Of a stretch of DNA of 64,000 nt, positions 54,886-64,000 are shown piece after piece. This stretch comes from an uncultured bacterium. Lineage in GTDB: Bacteria > Margulisbacteria > WOR-1 > CAVSGV01. The position numbers and the translations under genes are program-made. Where the stretch lies: assembly GCA_963768305.1 (NCBI GenBank), contig CAVYHE010000003.1:224001-288000 (forward strand). The letters are read 5' to 3'. The notes beneath the pieces were generated by a model. It saw nothing but the letters and a program-made list of their open reading frames with translations. It was not told the origin of the DNA and searched no databases. How positions within the stretch are numbered: position 1 is the first letter of the stretch; every line of letters starts with the position of its first letter.

Positions 54886-55662
54886 TTATGACGCTTTTCC
54901 CGTGACGAACTGTTTGATCACGGGATCCTTTGACGCAGCAGTTTCATCCGGAGTCCCCGCCTCAAGTATCTTCCCATTATGAAGCATAACTATCCTGTCG
55001 GCAATCTTATAAACCGTGCTCAACTGGTGCGTCACCACTATCGCGGAGGTACCGAGCTTCCCGTGTATGTCCAGGATAAGGTCCTCGATCGATGTGGCCG
55101 TTGTTGGATCCAGCCCTGTTGTCGGCTCATCATAGAGGATGATCTCAGGTTCCGTGGCCAGTGCCCTGGCAAGACCCACTCTTTTTTGCATTCCGCCGGA
55201 CAGCTCGGCCGGCATCAGGCTCTCAGACCCATTTAACCCCACCATTTCCAGTTTTTCCGACACTATCTGAAATATCTTTTTTTCGGGAAATTTAGAATGC
55301 TCTCTGAGACCGAATGCCACGTTCTCCCCAACCGTCAAAGAATCAAAAAGCGCCGAGGACTGGAATACCATGCCGATGCACCTTCTTGCGTTCACCATTT
55401 CTTCCTTGTCCATGCCGGCGATGTTAACGCCCTTGATCCTTATCTCTCCCGATGTGGGAGGGAAAAGCCCTATGATCAGCCTTAATATAGTGCTTTTCCC
55501 GCATCCGGACGGCCCGATGATGGCCAGTGTTTCGCCTTTTTTAAGCGCAAGGTCCACTCCGTTTATGACGCTCTTTTCGTTAAAACTCTTATGAACATCG
55601 ATCAATTCGATAACATTGCCGGACGGCTTTTCAGCTGAAATTGCTTTTTTGACCTTTTTCAC
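54886..55662 (-). CDS. mlaF: MlaF ABC ATPase
   Basis: GPSGCGKS, LSGGMQKRV, YDEPTTGLDP. Confidence 0.9.
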   Translation of the reverse strand: MKKVKKAISAEKPSGNVIELIDVHKSFNEKSVINGVDLALKKGETLAIIGPSGCGKSTILRLIIGLFPPTSGEIRIKGVNIAGMDKEEMVNARRCIGMVFQSSALFDSLTVGENVAFGLREHSKFPEKKIFQIVSEKLEMVGLNGSESLMPAELSGGMQKRVGLARALATEPEIILYDEPTTGLDPTTATSIEDLILDIHGKLGTSAIVVTHQLSTVYKIADRIVMLHNGKILEAGTPDETAASKDPVIKQFVTGKAS

Positions 55663-55699
55663 TTGGTCGGTGAAAGATCTTTTTAATATCGAACATCCA

Positions 55700-56466
55700 T
55701 CACCTTTTAAATAATACCAGCGAAAGGAAATAATTCGCGACGAATATCGCCATGAGGGAATAGACCACGGAATTCGTGGTGGCTTCCCCTACCCCTTTTG
55801 CGCCGCCTTTTGTCTTTAGTCCCATATAGCAGCCGATTATCGATATTATCATCCCGAAAAAGATCGCTTTTATGATCCCGCCGGTGATGTCGCCCATACC
55901 AAGGAAAGAGGACGCAGAATCCATGTAACCGAAGGAATTGATCCCCACGACATATACCGCGACCAAGTATCCCCCGAAGAAACCGACAATGTCCGCGAAT
56001 ATGGTAAGTATCGGGAGCATGAACGTGCTGGCGATGAACCTTGGAACGACAAGATGCTTTATCGGGTCGCTGCCCATGGCGTAAATGGCGTCTATTTGCT
56101 CCGTTACGGACATGGTGCCTATTTCGGCGGCAAATGACGAGCCGACCCGGCCCGCGATGACAACGGCCGTTAACGCCGGCGCGAGCTCCCTTGCCACCGC
56201 TATTCCCATTACGCCGCCCACCACATTGCCGGCGCCGAATTTCACGAATTCAGAGGCGATCTGGACCGCAAAGACCATTCCCACGAATGCCGCGGTCACC
56301 ACTGCGACGGGAAGAGAATCAACCCCTATCCTCACCATCTGGGCAAGAAGGTCCCTGTAATTGAATATTCCCCTGAACGAATAAAGCAATGTTTGAAGGG
56401 AAAGGAAGGTGATCCCCCTGCTTCTTCGAACGCATTAATGATCCATTTCCCGATATCATCCAACAT
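55700..56466 (-). CDS. mlaE: MlaE permease; frameshift near 56416
   Basis: RELAP, GRVGSSFAAEIGTMSVTEQIDA, GVGEATT. Confidence 0.9.
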
Positions 56467-56497
56467 TTTAATGTCTAACCTCTCTTGATAATGGATT

Positions 56498-57319
56498 TCA
56501 TGTCTGCGGTATGGAATCGATTATATCACTTGCAATGACGCCGCGGTCGCCTTTTTTTGATGATGCGCGGTTGCCCGCCATGCCGTGAATGAAAGCCGCG
56601 GCCACGGCCGCATGGAAACTATCCACTCCCTGACCTATGAGGCTCGCGACGATCCCTGTCAGAACATCCCCGGAACCGGCGGTGGCAAGTGCGGGATTTT
56701 TCACCGGATTGATGAATATCTTTCCTTTGCCGGCTATGACCGTTTCGGCGCCCTTCAGGACCACGGTCACGCCGAATTTCGATGCGAACGAGGCGGCTGA
56801 ACCGGTCCTGTCATTCTGTATGGATCGAACGCTCTTTTTCGTCAGTCTGGAGAATTCTCCCGGATGCGGAGTGATGACCATATCTTTTCCGCTTTTCTTC
56901 AAGATCGACGGATCGGAAATAGCGTTCAGGCCATCGGCATCGATCACTATGGGAACTTTCACTTTTTTAGAAAGCAGGACCTTTTTCACGATCCCGGCGG
57001 CGGTATTCCCCCTTGAAAGCCCGGGGCCGATCGCTATGGCATCGAAATCCGTTAATTTATCGTTCAGCTGTGAAAAACCGGCGACGATAGTTTCCAGCGA
57101 TATTGAATTGACGACATTCTTTATTTTATCCGGTACGCACAGTGTAACGAGGCCGGAGCCTGTTCTCAGGGCGGCGCGGGCGGTAAGGACAGCCGCCCCT
57201 ATCATTCCGGATGAACCCGCAATGATAAGGACTTTTCCAAAATCGCCCTTATTGGCGTCAGCCTTGCGCTTTGGAAGAACATTGGCCACATATTTGGAAC
57301 TGGTGATAGATGTTTTCAT
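56498..57319 (-). CDS. nnrD: ADP-dependent NAD(P)H-hydrate dehydratase
   Basis: NKGDFG, GPGL, DADGL, TPHPGE, LATAGSGDVL. Confidence 0.9.
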   Translation of the reverse strand: MKTSITSSKYVANVLPKRKADANKGDFGKVLIIAGSSGMIGAAVLTARAALRTGSGLVTLCVPDKIKNVVNSISLETIVAGFSQLNDKLTDFDAIAIGPGLSRGNTAAGIVKKVLLSKKVKVPIVIDADGLNAISDPSILKKSGKDMVITPHPGEFSRLTKKSVRSIQNDRTGSAASFASKFGVTVVLKGAETVIAGKGKIFINPVKNPALATAGSGDVLTGIVASLIGQGVDSFHAAVAAAFIHGMAGNRASSKKGDRGVIASDIIDSIPQT

Positions 57320-57322
57320 CCT

Positions 57323-57673
57323 TTAATTCACCATCACAACTGCGGTCGCGTAATCCTTGCTGTGGGAAAGGCTCACCATCGCTCGTTTCACAAGCTTGCG
57401 GTTCACGTAAATATTGGGCTTCCCGAGGCAGTCGTTTATTACCTCTATCTCTTTCCAGTAGATGCCCTTTATGCCGGTGCCGATGGCTTTTGAATAGGCC
57501 TCTTTAGCGGCAAATCGGGCGGCGAGTTCGGGGAATTTAAGCGCTTTTTTGGATGAGCAGTATTTCAGCTCTCTTTGGGTGAATATCCTTTTGAGGAATT
57601 TATCTTTGAACTGCTTGACGGCATCTTTGACCCTGTGTATCTCTATTATGTCGATCCCAATGCCTTTTTGCAC
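57323..57673 (-). CDS. acpS: Holo-ACP synthase
   Basis: GIDIIE, RFAAKEA, SLSH. Confidence 0.93.
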   Translation of the reverse strand: MQKGIGIDIIEIHRVKDAVKQFKDKFLKRIFTQRELKYCSSKKALKFPELAARFAAKEAYSKAIGTGIKGIYWKEIEVINDCLGKPNIYVNRKLVKRAMVSLSHSKDYATAVVMVN

Positions 57674-57677
57674 GGCT

Positions 57678-58604
57678 TTAGCTTACCGCCGTGAGCCAAT
57701 CCATGTATTTCGGGTCATCGCCTTTGACCGCTTTGAAATATACTTCCTGCAGTTTTTTTGACACGGGCCCGACGTTGCCGTCATTTATCGTTTTTCCGTC
57801 CACGCTGACTATGGGGGATATCTGGGCGCCCGTTCCGCAGAAGAAAAGCTCATCCGCTCCGTAAAGTTCTTCTTTTTTAACGTGGCGCTCTATCGTTTCC
57901 ACCCCGAGCTCTTTTTCGGCAAGCTCTATCAATGATACGCGGGTTATGCCGGGAAGGATTATTTCCGTCAGAGGAGGAGTTATCAATATCCCGTTCTTTA
58001 CAAGGAAAAGATTCTCCCCCGATCCTTCCGCCACGGTCCCTTCCGGAGAAAGCAGGATCGCTTCGTCAAAGCCTTTTTCAAGCGCTTCCGCCTTGGCGAG
58101 AGAGGAATTGATATATGCGCCGGTTATCTTCGCTCCCTGAGGGAGCGACTGGGCGCCGATCCTTCTCCATGATGATATGCAGACATTTATCCCCTTGGAT
58201 ACGTCCAGATATTCGCCGAACGGGGCAACGAACATGCAGAAATCATCGGCTATTCCTGTCAATCCCAGTCCGATCTTTTCTTCCGATTTGTATGCAAGCG
58301 GTCTAACATAAACATCTTCCTTGTAGTCATTGCGCTTGCAAAGCTCCGCGGTGATCCTTATCAATTCTTCAACGGAATATTTCAGCTTTATATTCACCGC
58401 AAGCGCGGAAACCTGGAGCCTTTCAAAATGCTCCTTGAGTTTTAAAAGGAACATCTGTTTTTTTCGGGGATTCCAGTAACCGCGTATGCCCTCAAAAACG
58501 CCCGTGCCGTAATTGAAAGCGTGGGTCATTATCCCGATCTTCGCGTCGGCAAAAGGAACGAATTTTCCCTGAAAGAACGCTGTTTTCATTTGCTCTCCGA
58601 TCAA
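57678..58604 (-). CDS. ilvE: Branched-chain amino acid aminotransferase
   Basis: HAFNYGTGVFEGIR, AKITGAY, EGSGEN, LPGITR. Confidence 0.92.
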   Translation of the reverse strand: MIGEQMKTAFFQGKFVPFADAKIGIMTHAFNYGTGVFEGIRGYWNPRKKQMFLLKLKEHFERLQVSALAVNIKLKYSVEELIRITAELCKRNDYKEDVYVRPLAYKSEEKIGLGLTGIADDFCMFVAPFGEYLDVSKGINVCISSWRRIGAQSLPQGAKITGAYINSSLAKAEALEKGFDEAILLSPEGTVAEGSGENLFLVKNGILITPPLTEIILPGITRVSLIELAEKELGVETIERHVKKEELYGADELFFCGTGAQISPIVSVDGKTINDGNVGPVSKKLQEVYFKAVKGDDPKYMDWLTAVS

Positions 58605-58607
58605 AAT

Positions 58608-60185
58608 TTACATGGATTCCGGAGCCGTTATTCCCAATAATTTTAACACATTCCTCAAAACTATTGAAGCCGATTTGACCAGCGCCAGCCTGGCTTTGGA
58701 CAATTCTTTGTCATCGGTTATGACCCTTTCCTGGTGATAATAATTGTGGAATATCTGAGCAAGAGATTCCGCGTAGGCGGTCAATCTATGCGGTTGCATT
58801 GATAAAGCGGCGCTGATGACCTCGTCCTCGAAGTGCAGAAGTTTAAGCATCAATTTTCTTTCCGGTTCGGCTTTAAGCAGCTCCATATGCGATGTCGATG
58901 GCGAAAGCCCGGCTTTTTTTGCCTCTTTCAGGATGCTTATGATCCTCGCGTGGGCATAGCCTACATAATATACAGGATTTTCAAGGGATTTTGATTTCGC
59001 GAGTTCAAGGTCAAAATCCAGGTGCGTGCTCGGGCTGTTCTTCACGAGGAAATATCTTGCGGCGGGGGTCCCGATTTCATCGATAACCTCCTTAAGCGTT
59101 ATCATCTCCCCTGTCCTTTTGCTCATTTTCACAAGTTCCTTGCCCCTGTAGAGCGCCACAAGCTGGCCGATGATTATTTCAAGGTTTTCGTCCGGGTATC
59201 CGAGCGCGGTCATCGCCGCTTTCAATCTTGCAACATAGCCGTGATGATCCGTTCCCCAGACATTGATTATCCTGTCATAGCCGCGGTCGAACTTGCCGGC
59301 ATGATATGCTATATCGGCCGCGAAATAAGTGGTTTGGCCGTCCTCTTTTACAAGCACCCTGTTCTTGTCGTCACCGTACTGGCTGGACTTGAACCATAAA
59401 GCAGAACCTTCATGGAAAGTAAGACCCTTGTCTTCCAGGCGTTTTATGCATTTTTTAACTAGACCTTTTTTATGAAGTTCGCTCTCAAAAAACCATTTGT
59501 CGTAATTGACCCCCAGCTCTTTCAGGGTCTCTTTCTGATCTTCCAGGAGCATCTTCAAGGATTCTTCCTTGACCCGGTTCTTATTCCTGATATGAGCGGC
59601 GACATCCTCGATGTATTTTCCGGCATATCCGTTTTCCGGGACCGGTTGCCCATCCATTTTCGCTTTTACAGACGATACAAGGTTGTTTATCTGTTCGCCG
59701 ACGTCATTCACGTAATATTCCCTGTCCACCTTGAATCCAACGGTTTTCATTATGTTCGCAAGGCAGTCCCCTATTACCGCCCACCTGCCGTGGCCTATAT
59801 GAAGCGGACCGGTTGGATTCGCGCTTACATATTCAAGGAGAACTTTTTTTCCTTTGCCGGCGTCAGAGCGACCATATTTCTCATCGTATTTAAGTATATC
59901 CGCGATATTCATTACAAGGACCAAGTCTTTGAGCTTAAAGTTTATGAATCCCTGTGGCGTAGCGTCGATCTTAGCGAAGAGCTTGCCGTTATCGATCTTC
60001 TTAATGCCGGAAACTATGATGTTCGCTGCATCGATCGGCGTGGACTTGTTGGCTCTGGCAATAAGCATTGCGATGTTAGTTGAATAATCGCCGTACTGCT
60101 CGTTCTTCGGGGTTTCTATCTCTACAGGAAGATCGGCGGCAATGTCGCTTTTAATGAGGGCTTTTATTTTCTGCTGGATCGGCAT
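58608..60185 (-). CDS. argS: Arginine--tRNA ligase
   Basis: SANPTGPLHIGH, KMSKRTG, YAHAR. Confidence 0.95.
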   Translation of the reverse strand: MPIQQKIKALIKSDIAADLPVEIETPKNEQYGDYSTNIAMLIARANKSTPIDAANIIVSGIKKIDNGKLFAKIDATPQGFINFKLKDLVLVMNIADILKYDEKYGRSDAGKGKKVLLEYVSANPTGPLHIGHGRWAVIGDCLANIMKTVGFKVDREYYVNDVGEQINNLVSSVKAKMDGQPVPENGYAGKYIEDVAAHIRNKNRVKEESLKMLLEDQKETLKELGVNYDKWFFESELHKKGLVKKCIKRLEDKGLTFHEGSALWFKSSQYGDDKNRVLVKEDGQTTYFAADIAYHAGKFDRGYDRIINVWGTDHHGYVARLKAAMTALGYPDENLEIIIGQLVALYRGKELVKMSKRTGEMITLKEVIDEIGTPAARYFLVKNSPSTHLDFDLELAKSKSLENPVYYVGYAHARIISILKEAKKAGLSPSTSHMELLKAEPERKLMLKLLHFEDEVISAALSMQPHRLTAYAESLAQIFHNYYHQERVITDDKELSKARLALVKSASIVLRNVLKLLGITAPESM

Positions 60186-60201
60186 GGTTATGATAAGGCC
60201 G

Positions 60202-61047
60202 TCAGGAAGCTTTCGGATATGAGCCTAGCATCTTGAAGAAAGAAGCTTTCCCTTTGACCTCTTTTAACGCATCGGCGACCTTCTTGCCAGCCCTGTGGCC
60301 GTCGATATCGATGAAGAAAAAGTAATCCCCGAGCGTTCTTTTGGTCGGCCGCGACTCTATCTTTGTCAGATTTATGCCGCGTTTTGCGAACTCCCCGAGG
60401 ATCGCGTAAAGGCCTCCCGGCCTGTCCTTCTTTATGGAGAATACTATTGATGTTTTATCTTTTCCCGTCTTAAGATGGTCCTTCTTTGCAAGAACGACGA
60501 ATCTCGTGGCATTATGCGGGGAATCGTTCACATTTGAAGCTATTATCACCAAATTATAGAGTTTCGCGGATATCTTGGAGCCGATGGCCGCGGGAACTTC
60601 CAGCCCCTTCACGATCCCCGCTTCAGCGACCTGCCTTGCGGCGTCAGCAGAGCTGAAAGCGAACCTTATCCTGGCCTTGGGAAGGTTCTTTCTTAAATAA
60701 TGTTTGCACTGATCTATGATCTGGGGGAACGAGACGACCTCTGTGACCTTTGAGGGAGGAACTTGTATTTTTGACATCAAATAATGCTGGACCGGAATGA
60801 CGAGCTCCTGTTTTATCTGGAGACGTACCTCGTTGACCAAAATATCGGTCACTGTGCCGATGGTCCCTTCAACAGAGTTCTCGATCGGGACTATGCCTTC
60901 ATCCAGCTTGCCTTTGTCCACATCCATGAGGACATCATGAAAAGTGGAGTATGGGAGGAACTCCGCCTTACCGATCTTTTTCAGATAAACTGAGCTTGCT
61001 TCTTCCGAGAAGGTTCCTTCCGGGCCGAGATATCCTATTTTTAACAT
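60202..61047 (-). CDS. pheA: Prephenate dehydratase with ACT domain
   Basis: LGPEGTFS, PIENSVEG, TRF, NLTKIESRP. Confidence 0.92.
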   Translation of the reverse strand: MLKIGYLGPEGTFSEEASSVYLKKIGKAEFLPYSTFHDVLMDVDKGKLDEGIVPIENSVEGTIGTVTDILVNEVRLQIKQELVIPVQHYLMSKIQVPPSKVTEVVSFPQIIDQCKHYLRKNLPKARIRFAFSSADAARQVAEAGIVKGLEVPAAIGSKISAKLYNLVIIASNVNDSPHNATRFVVLAKKDHLKTGKDKTSIVFSIKKDRPGGLYAILGEFAKRGINLTKIESRPTKRTLGDYFFFIDIDGHRAGKKVADALKEVKGKASFFKMLGSYPKAS

Positions 61048-61049
61048 GG

Positions 61050-61487
61050 CTATCTCCTTTCAACTTTGATTTTCGATTCTTTCAGCATCTTTCGGGCAAG
61101 TTTATCGGGGTAATCGCCTTCATAAACAAGCCGCTTTATCCCAGAATTTATCATCATTTTAACACAAATTATGCAGGGTTGGTAAGTTGCATACATGGTG
61201 GATCCTTCTATTTTCACCCCATGCCAGGCCGCCTGGATTATCGCGTTCTGTTCCGCGTGAAGACCTCTGCATAATTCGTGCCGCTGGCCGGAAGGAACTT
61301 TCAATTTTTTCCTGAGGCAGCCTGTCAAACTGCAATGTTCAATATCCTTTGGTGCGCCGTTGTAGCCGGTGGAAAGTATCCTGTGGTCCATCACGATGAT
61401 AGCGCCGACCTGTCTTTTAAGGCAGGTGGAACGGACGGCTACATCCTTTGTGATCTTCATGAAATATTCGTCCCAGGAAGGGCGCAT
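61050..61487 (-). CDS. dCMP deaminase (ComEB family)
   Basis: [24 protein letters not shown]. Confidence 0.9.
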   Translation of the reverse strand: MRPSWDEYFMKITKDVAVRSTCLKRQVGAIIVMDHRILSTGYNGAPKDIEHCSLTGCLRKKLKVPSGQRHELCRGLHAEQNAIIQAAWHGVKIEGSTMYATYQPCIICVKMMINSGIKRLVYEGDYPDKLARKMLKESKIKVERR

Positions 61488-61489
61488 CG

Positions 61490-62437
61490 TTATTTCCTCT
61501 TTATTACGCTTCGGACGGCGGAGCAGATGTCCTTTGAGGTAAGGCCGTATTTTTCAAGAAGCTCCTCCGGCTTTCCGGATTCGCCGAACATGTCCTTCAT
61601 GCCGACCCTGGACATGGGAACGGGCATGTTCTCTCCCAGAACTTCGGCGACCGCGCCGCCAAGCCCCCCGACAATTGAATGCTCTTCAGCCGTGACAATC
61701 GCTCCGGTTTCCTGGGCGCACCTTATGATAAGCTCCCTGTCGAGAGGCTTTATCGTGTGCATGTTCACGACCCTGGCGCTTATTCCTTCACTTGAGAGTT
61801 GTTCCGCCGCGACAAGCGCGTGATGGACCATTATCCCGGTCGCGATGATGGTGACATCGGTGCCCGGCCTCATTATAATTCCTTTGCCGATGTGAAGTTC
61901 ATAATTGGCATTTTCGTGGACCAATGGAGTCGGCAGCCGCGGTATCCTGACATATGAAGGACCATATTCATTCACAAGCATTTTTATCACACGCGCTGTT
62001 TCAATGGCGTCTGCGGGGACTATCACGGTCATGTTGGGGATAACCCTCATTATGGCGATGTCCTCATTTGCCTGATGCGTCGCGCCGTCCTCGCCGGTGG
62101 TAATGCCTCCGTGCGTGACGACCAGCTTCACGTTCAACCTGGTGTAAGCCATGGAAACCCTTACCTGGTCCCACGCGCGGCCTGAGCCGAAAACGGCGAA
62201 AGTGCTGGCAAAAACTATTTTCCCGCATGGCTGCGAGCCCTGCCGCTGTGCTTATCATGTCCTGCTCGGCGACGCCCATGTCAAAGAACCTGTCGGGGAA
62301 TTCCTTCGCGAAAATGTTCGTTTTAGTCGAGGCGGAAAGGTCGGCATCAAGTACGACAATGTCCTTATTGACCTTTCCGAGCTCCAAAGGAGCGTCTTTC
62401 CGTACGCGTCGCGCGATGATGCAAGAGTTTCTGCCAT
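61490..62437 (-). CDS. Transketolase C-terminal subunit (housekeeping; apparent indels)
   Basis: [30 protein letters not shown] across frames. Confidence 0.9.
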
Positions 62438-63685
62438 CAGATAAGCTCCTCCAGCGCCTTGATCACTTCTTCTTTTGTCGGCGCCTTGCCGTGAAAATCC
62501 GTCGGCTTGCTTTCCATGAAAGAAACGCCTTTTCCTTTCACCGTCTCGGCGATTATGATCGTTGGTTTTCCTTTGAAGTGTACGCCTTCTTCCAAAGCTT
62601 TCATTATTGATTTGATATCATGCCCGTTCACGTTATCTATTACATTGAACCTGAAGGCCTTCCATTTGTCAGCTATCGGCTGGATCCCCTTTATCTCCTC
62701 AACGCGGCCGTCTATCTGATACTTGTTGTGGTCAAGGATGACGGTAAGGTTATCCAGTTTGTAATGGCCCGCGGTCATTGCAGCTTCCCAGATCTGGCCT
62801 TCCTGCGATTCTCCGTCCCCTATCATCGCGTAAACCCTGTAATTTTTTTTGTCCATTTTTCCAGCCAAAGCCATGCCGTTCGCGGCAGAAAGGCCCTGGC
62901 CGAGCGAGCCTGTGGACATTTCTATACCTGGAAGGCTTATCATGTCTACGTGACCTTGAAGCGAACTCCCTATTTGCCGGAGCGTCTTAAGGTAACTCTT
63001 TCGTGCTTTCTTCCAAAGCTTTTATTATAGATCTCATATCATGCCCGTTCACCTTATCAATGACGTTGAACCTGAAAGCTTTCCATTTATCCGCGATAGG
63101 CTCGATACCTTTTATATCCTCCACATGGCCGTCTATCTGATATTTGTTATGGTCCAGGATCACGGTCAAATTATCCAATTTATAATGACCGGCGGTCATC
63201 GCCGCTTCCCATATCTGGCCTTCCTGCGACTCTCCGTCCCCTACCATCGCGTAAACCCTGTAATTTTTTTTGTCCATTTTTCCGGCCAAAGCCATGCCGT
63301 TCGCGGCGGAAAGGCCCTGGCCGAGCGAGCCAGTGGACATTTCTATCCCCGGAAGGCTTATCATGTCCACGTGGCCTTGAAGCGAACTCCCTATCTGCCG
63401 GAGCGTCTTAAGATAGCTTTTTGGAAAATATCCCGCTTCCGCCAATGCGGCATAAAGGACCGGAGCCGCATGGCCTTTTGAAAGGACAAACCTGTCCCTC
63501 TCAGGCCATTTGGGATCCTTTGGGTCATGGCGCAACTGATGAAAATAAAGGGCTGTAACGATATCTGCGGCTGAAAGGCTTCCGCCCGGGTGTCCGGAGC
63601 CGCACCGGCCGATCATCTCCACTATATGTCGGCGTATGACCTTTGCCTTGTCCTCAAGTTCTTTTATTTTTGCCGAATTTACCAT
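62437..63685 (-). CDS. Transketolase N-terminal subunit containing an internal ~140-codon tandem duplication
   Basis: GSGHPGG, SKGHAA, two copies of GSLGQG..GDGESQEG..N, one FHG C-terminus. Confidence 0.85.
62587..63421. repeat. Direct tandem repeat, period 421 bp (62587-63000 vs 63008-63421)
   Basis: Hand alignment gives about 48 mismatches in 410 nt, no indels. Confidence 0.9.
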
Positions 63686-63695
63686 AAAAACCTCA

Positions 63696-64000
63696 TCAGA
63701 ATAACATGTTGAGTTTGCCGCTGTCAACAAGCTCAAGTTCAAGTTTGACCTTGAACTTTTCATTTACACTGGATTTAACTTTACGAATCAAAGTTTTAAC
63801 GTCCTTTGCCTTTGCCTGCCCGAGATTGATGATGAAATTCCCGTGTTTTTTTGAAACTTCCGCATCCCCCGCCCTTAATCCTTTGCATCCCGCCATATCT
63901 ATCAATTTTCCCGCAGGAACATCTTTCGGATTCTTAAAGACAGATCCAGCGCTTGGCGCTGAAAGCGGCTGCATCTCTTTTCGCTTTGAGATAACTTCCT
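63696..64000 (-). CDS. murB: UDP-N-acetylmuramate dehydrogenase, 3' part (truncated by window end)
   Basis: QP..PSAGSVFKNP, KHGNFIIN, LELE. Confidence 0.9.
   Translation of the reverse strand, partial: EVISKRKEMQPLSAPSAGSVFKNPKDVPAGKLIDMAGCKGLRAGDAEVSKKHGNFIINLGQAKAKDVKTLIRKVKSSVNEKFKVKLELELVDSGKLNMLF

Overview
64 kb of bacterial chromosome from a diderm, with no CRISPR array, rRNA, tRNA or transposase seen. Two cyanobacterial-type LpxB-like genes without photosynthesis genes suggest a non-photosynthetic Cyanobacteria relative such as Margulisbacteria/Saganbacteria (inference only). Many single-base frameshifts in essential genes (hisS, aspS, purA, purB, purQ, mlaE) look like long-read consensus errors. 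Positions 1-32 kb hold a mostly minus-strand surface-glycan/LPS locus. It starts with lpxB-like and msbA, followed by a complete pseudaminic-acid-type pathway: pseB, pseC, pseI/neuB, an SpsF/PseF cytidylyltransferase fused to a class III aminotransferase, pseG and pseH. An unusual module sits inside it: split transketolase, SDR, Fe-ADH, a DXS paralog with an altered acceptor site, ATP-grasp and a GH57-like protein. The locus also has four methyltransferases and three gene remnants missed by the ORF track. Positions 32-64 kb are mostly housekeeping: thrC, hisS-aspS, 6S RNA, purA-queC-amj-ribF, a CuA/MenA/GGPP synthase/nitroreductase operon, ispG-purB-purS-purQ, a XerCD dif-like site at 50535-50562, GH26, lptD-like/mlaDFE, nnrD, acpS, ilvE, argS, pheA, dCMP deaminase, a transketolase with a synonymously diverged 421-bp internal tandem duplication, and murB. 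Many operons begin with an extended -10 box 6-11 nt before the ATG, which suggests leaderless mRNAs.
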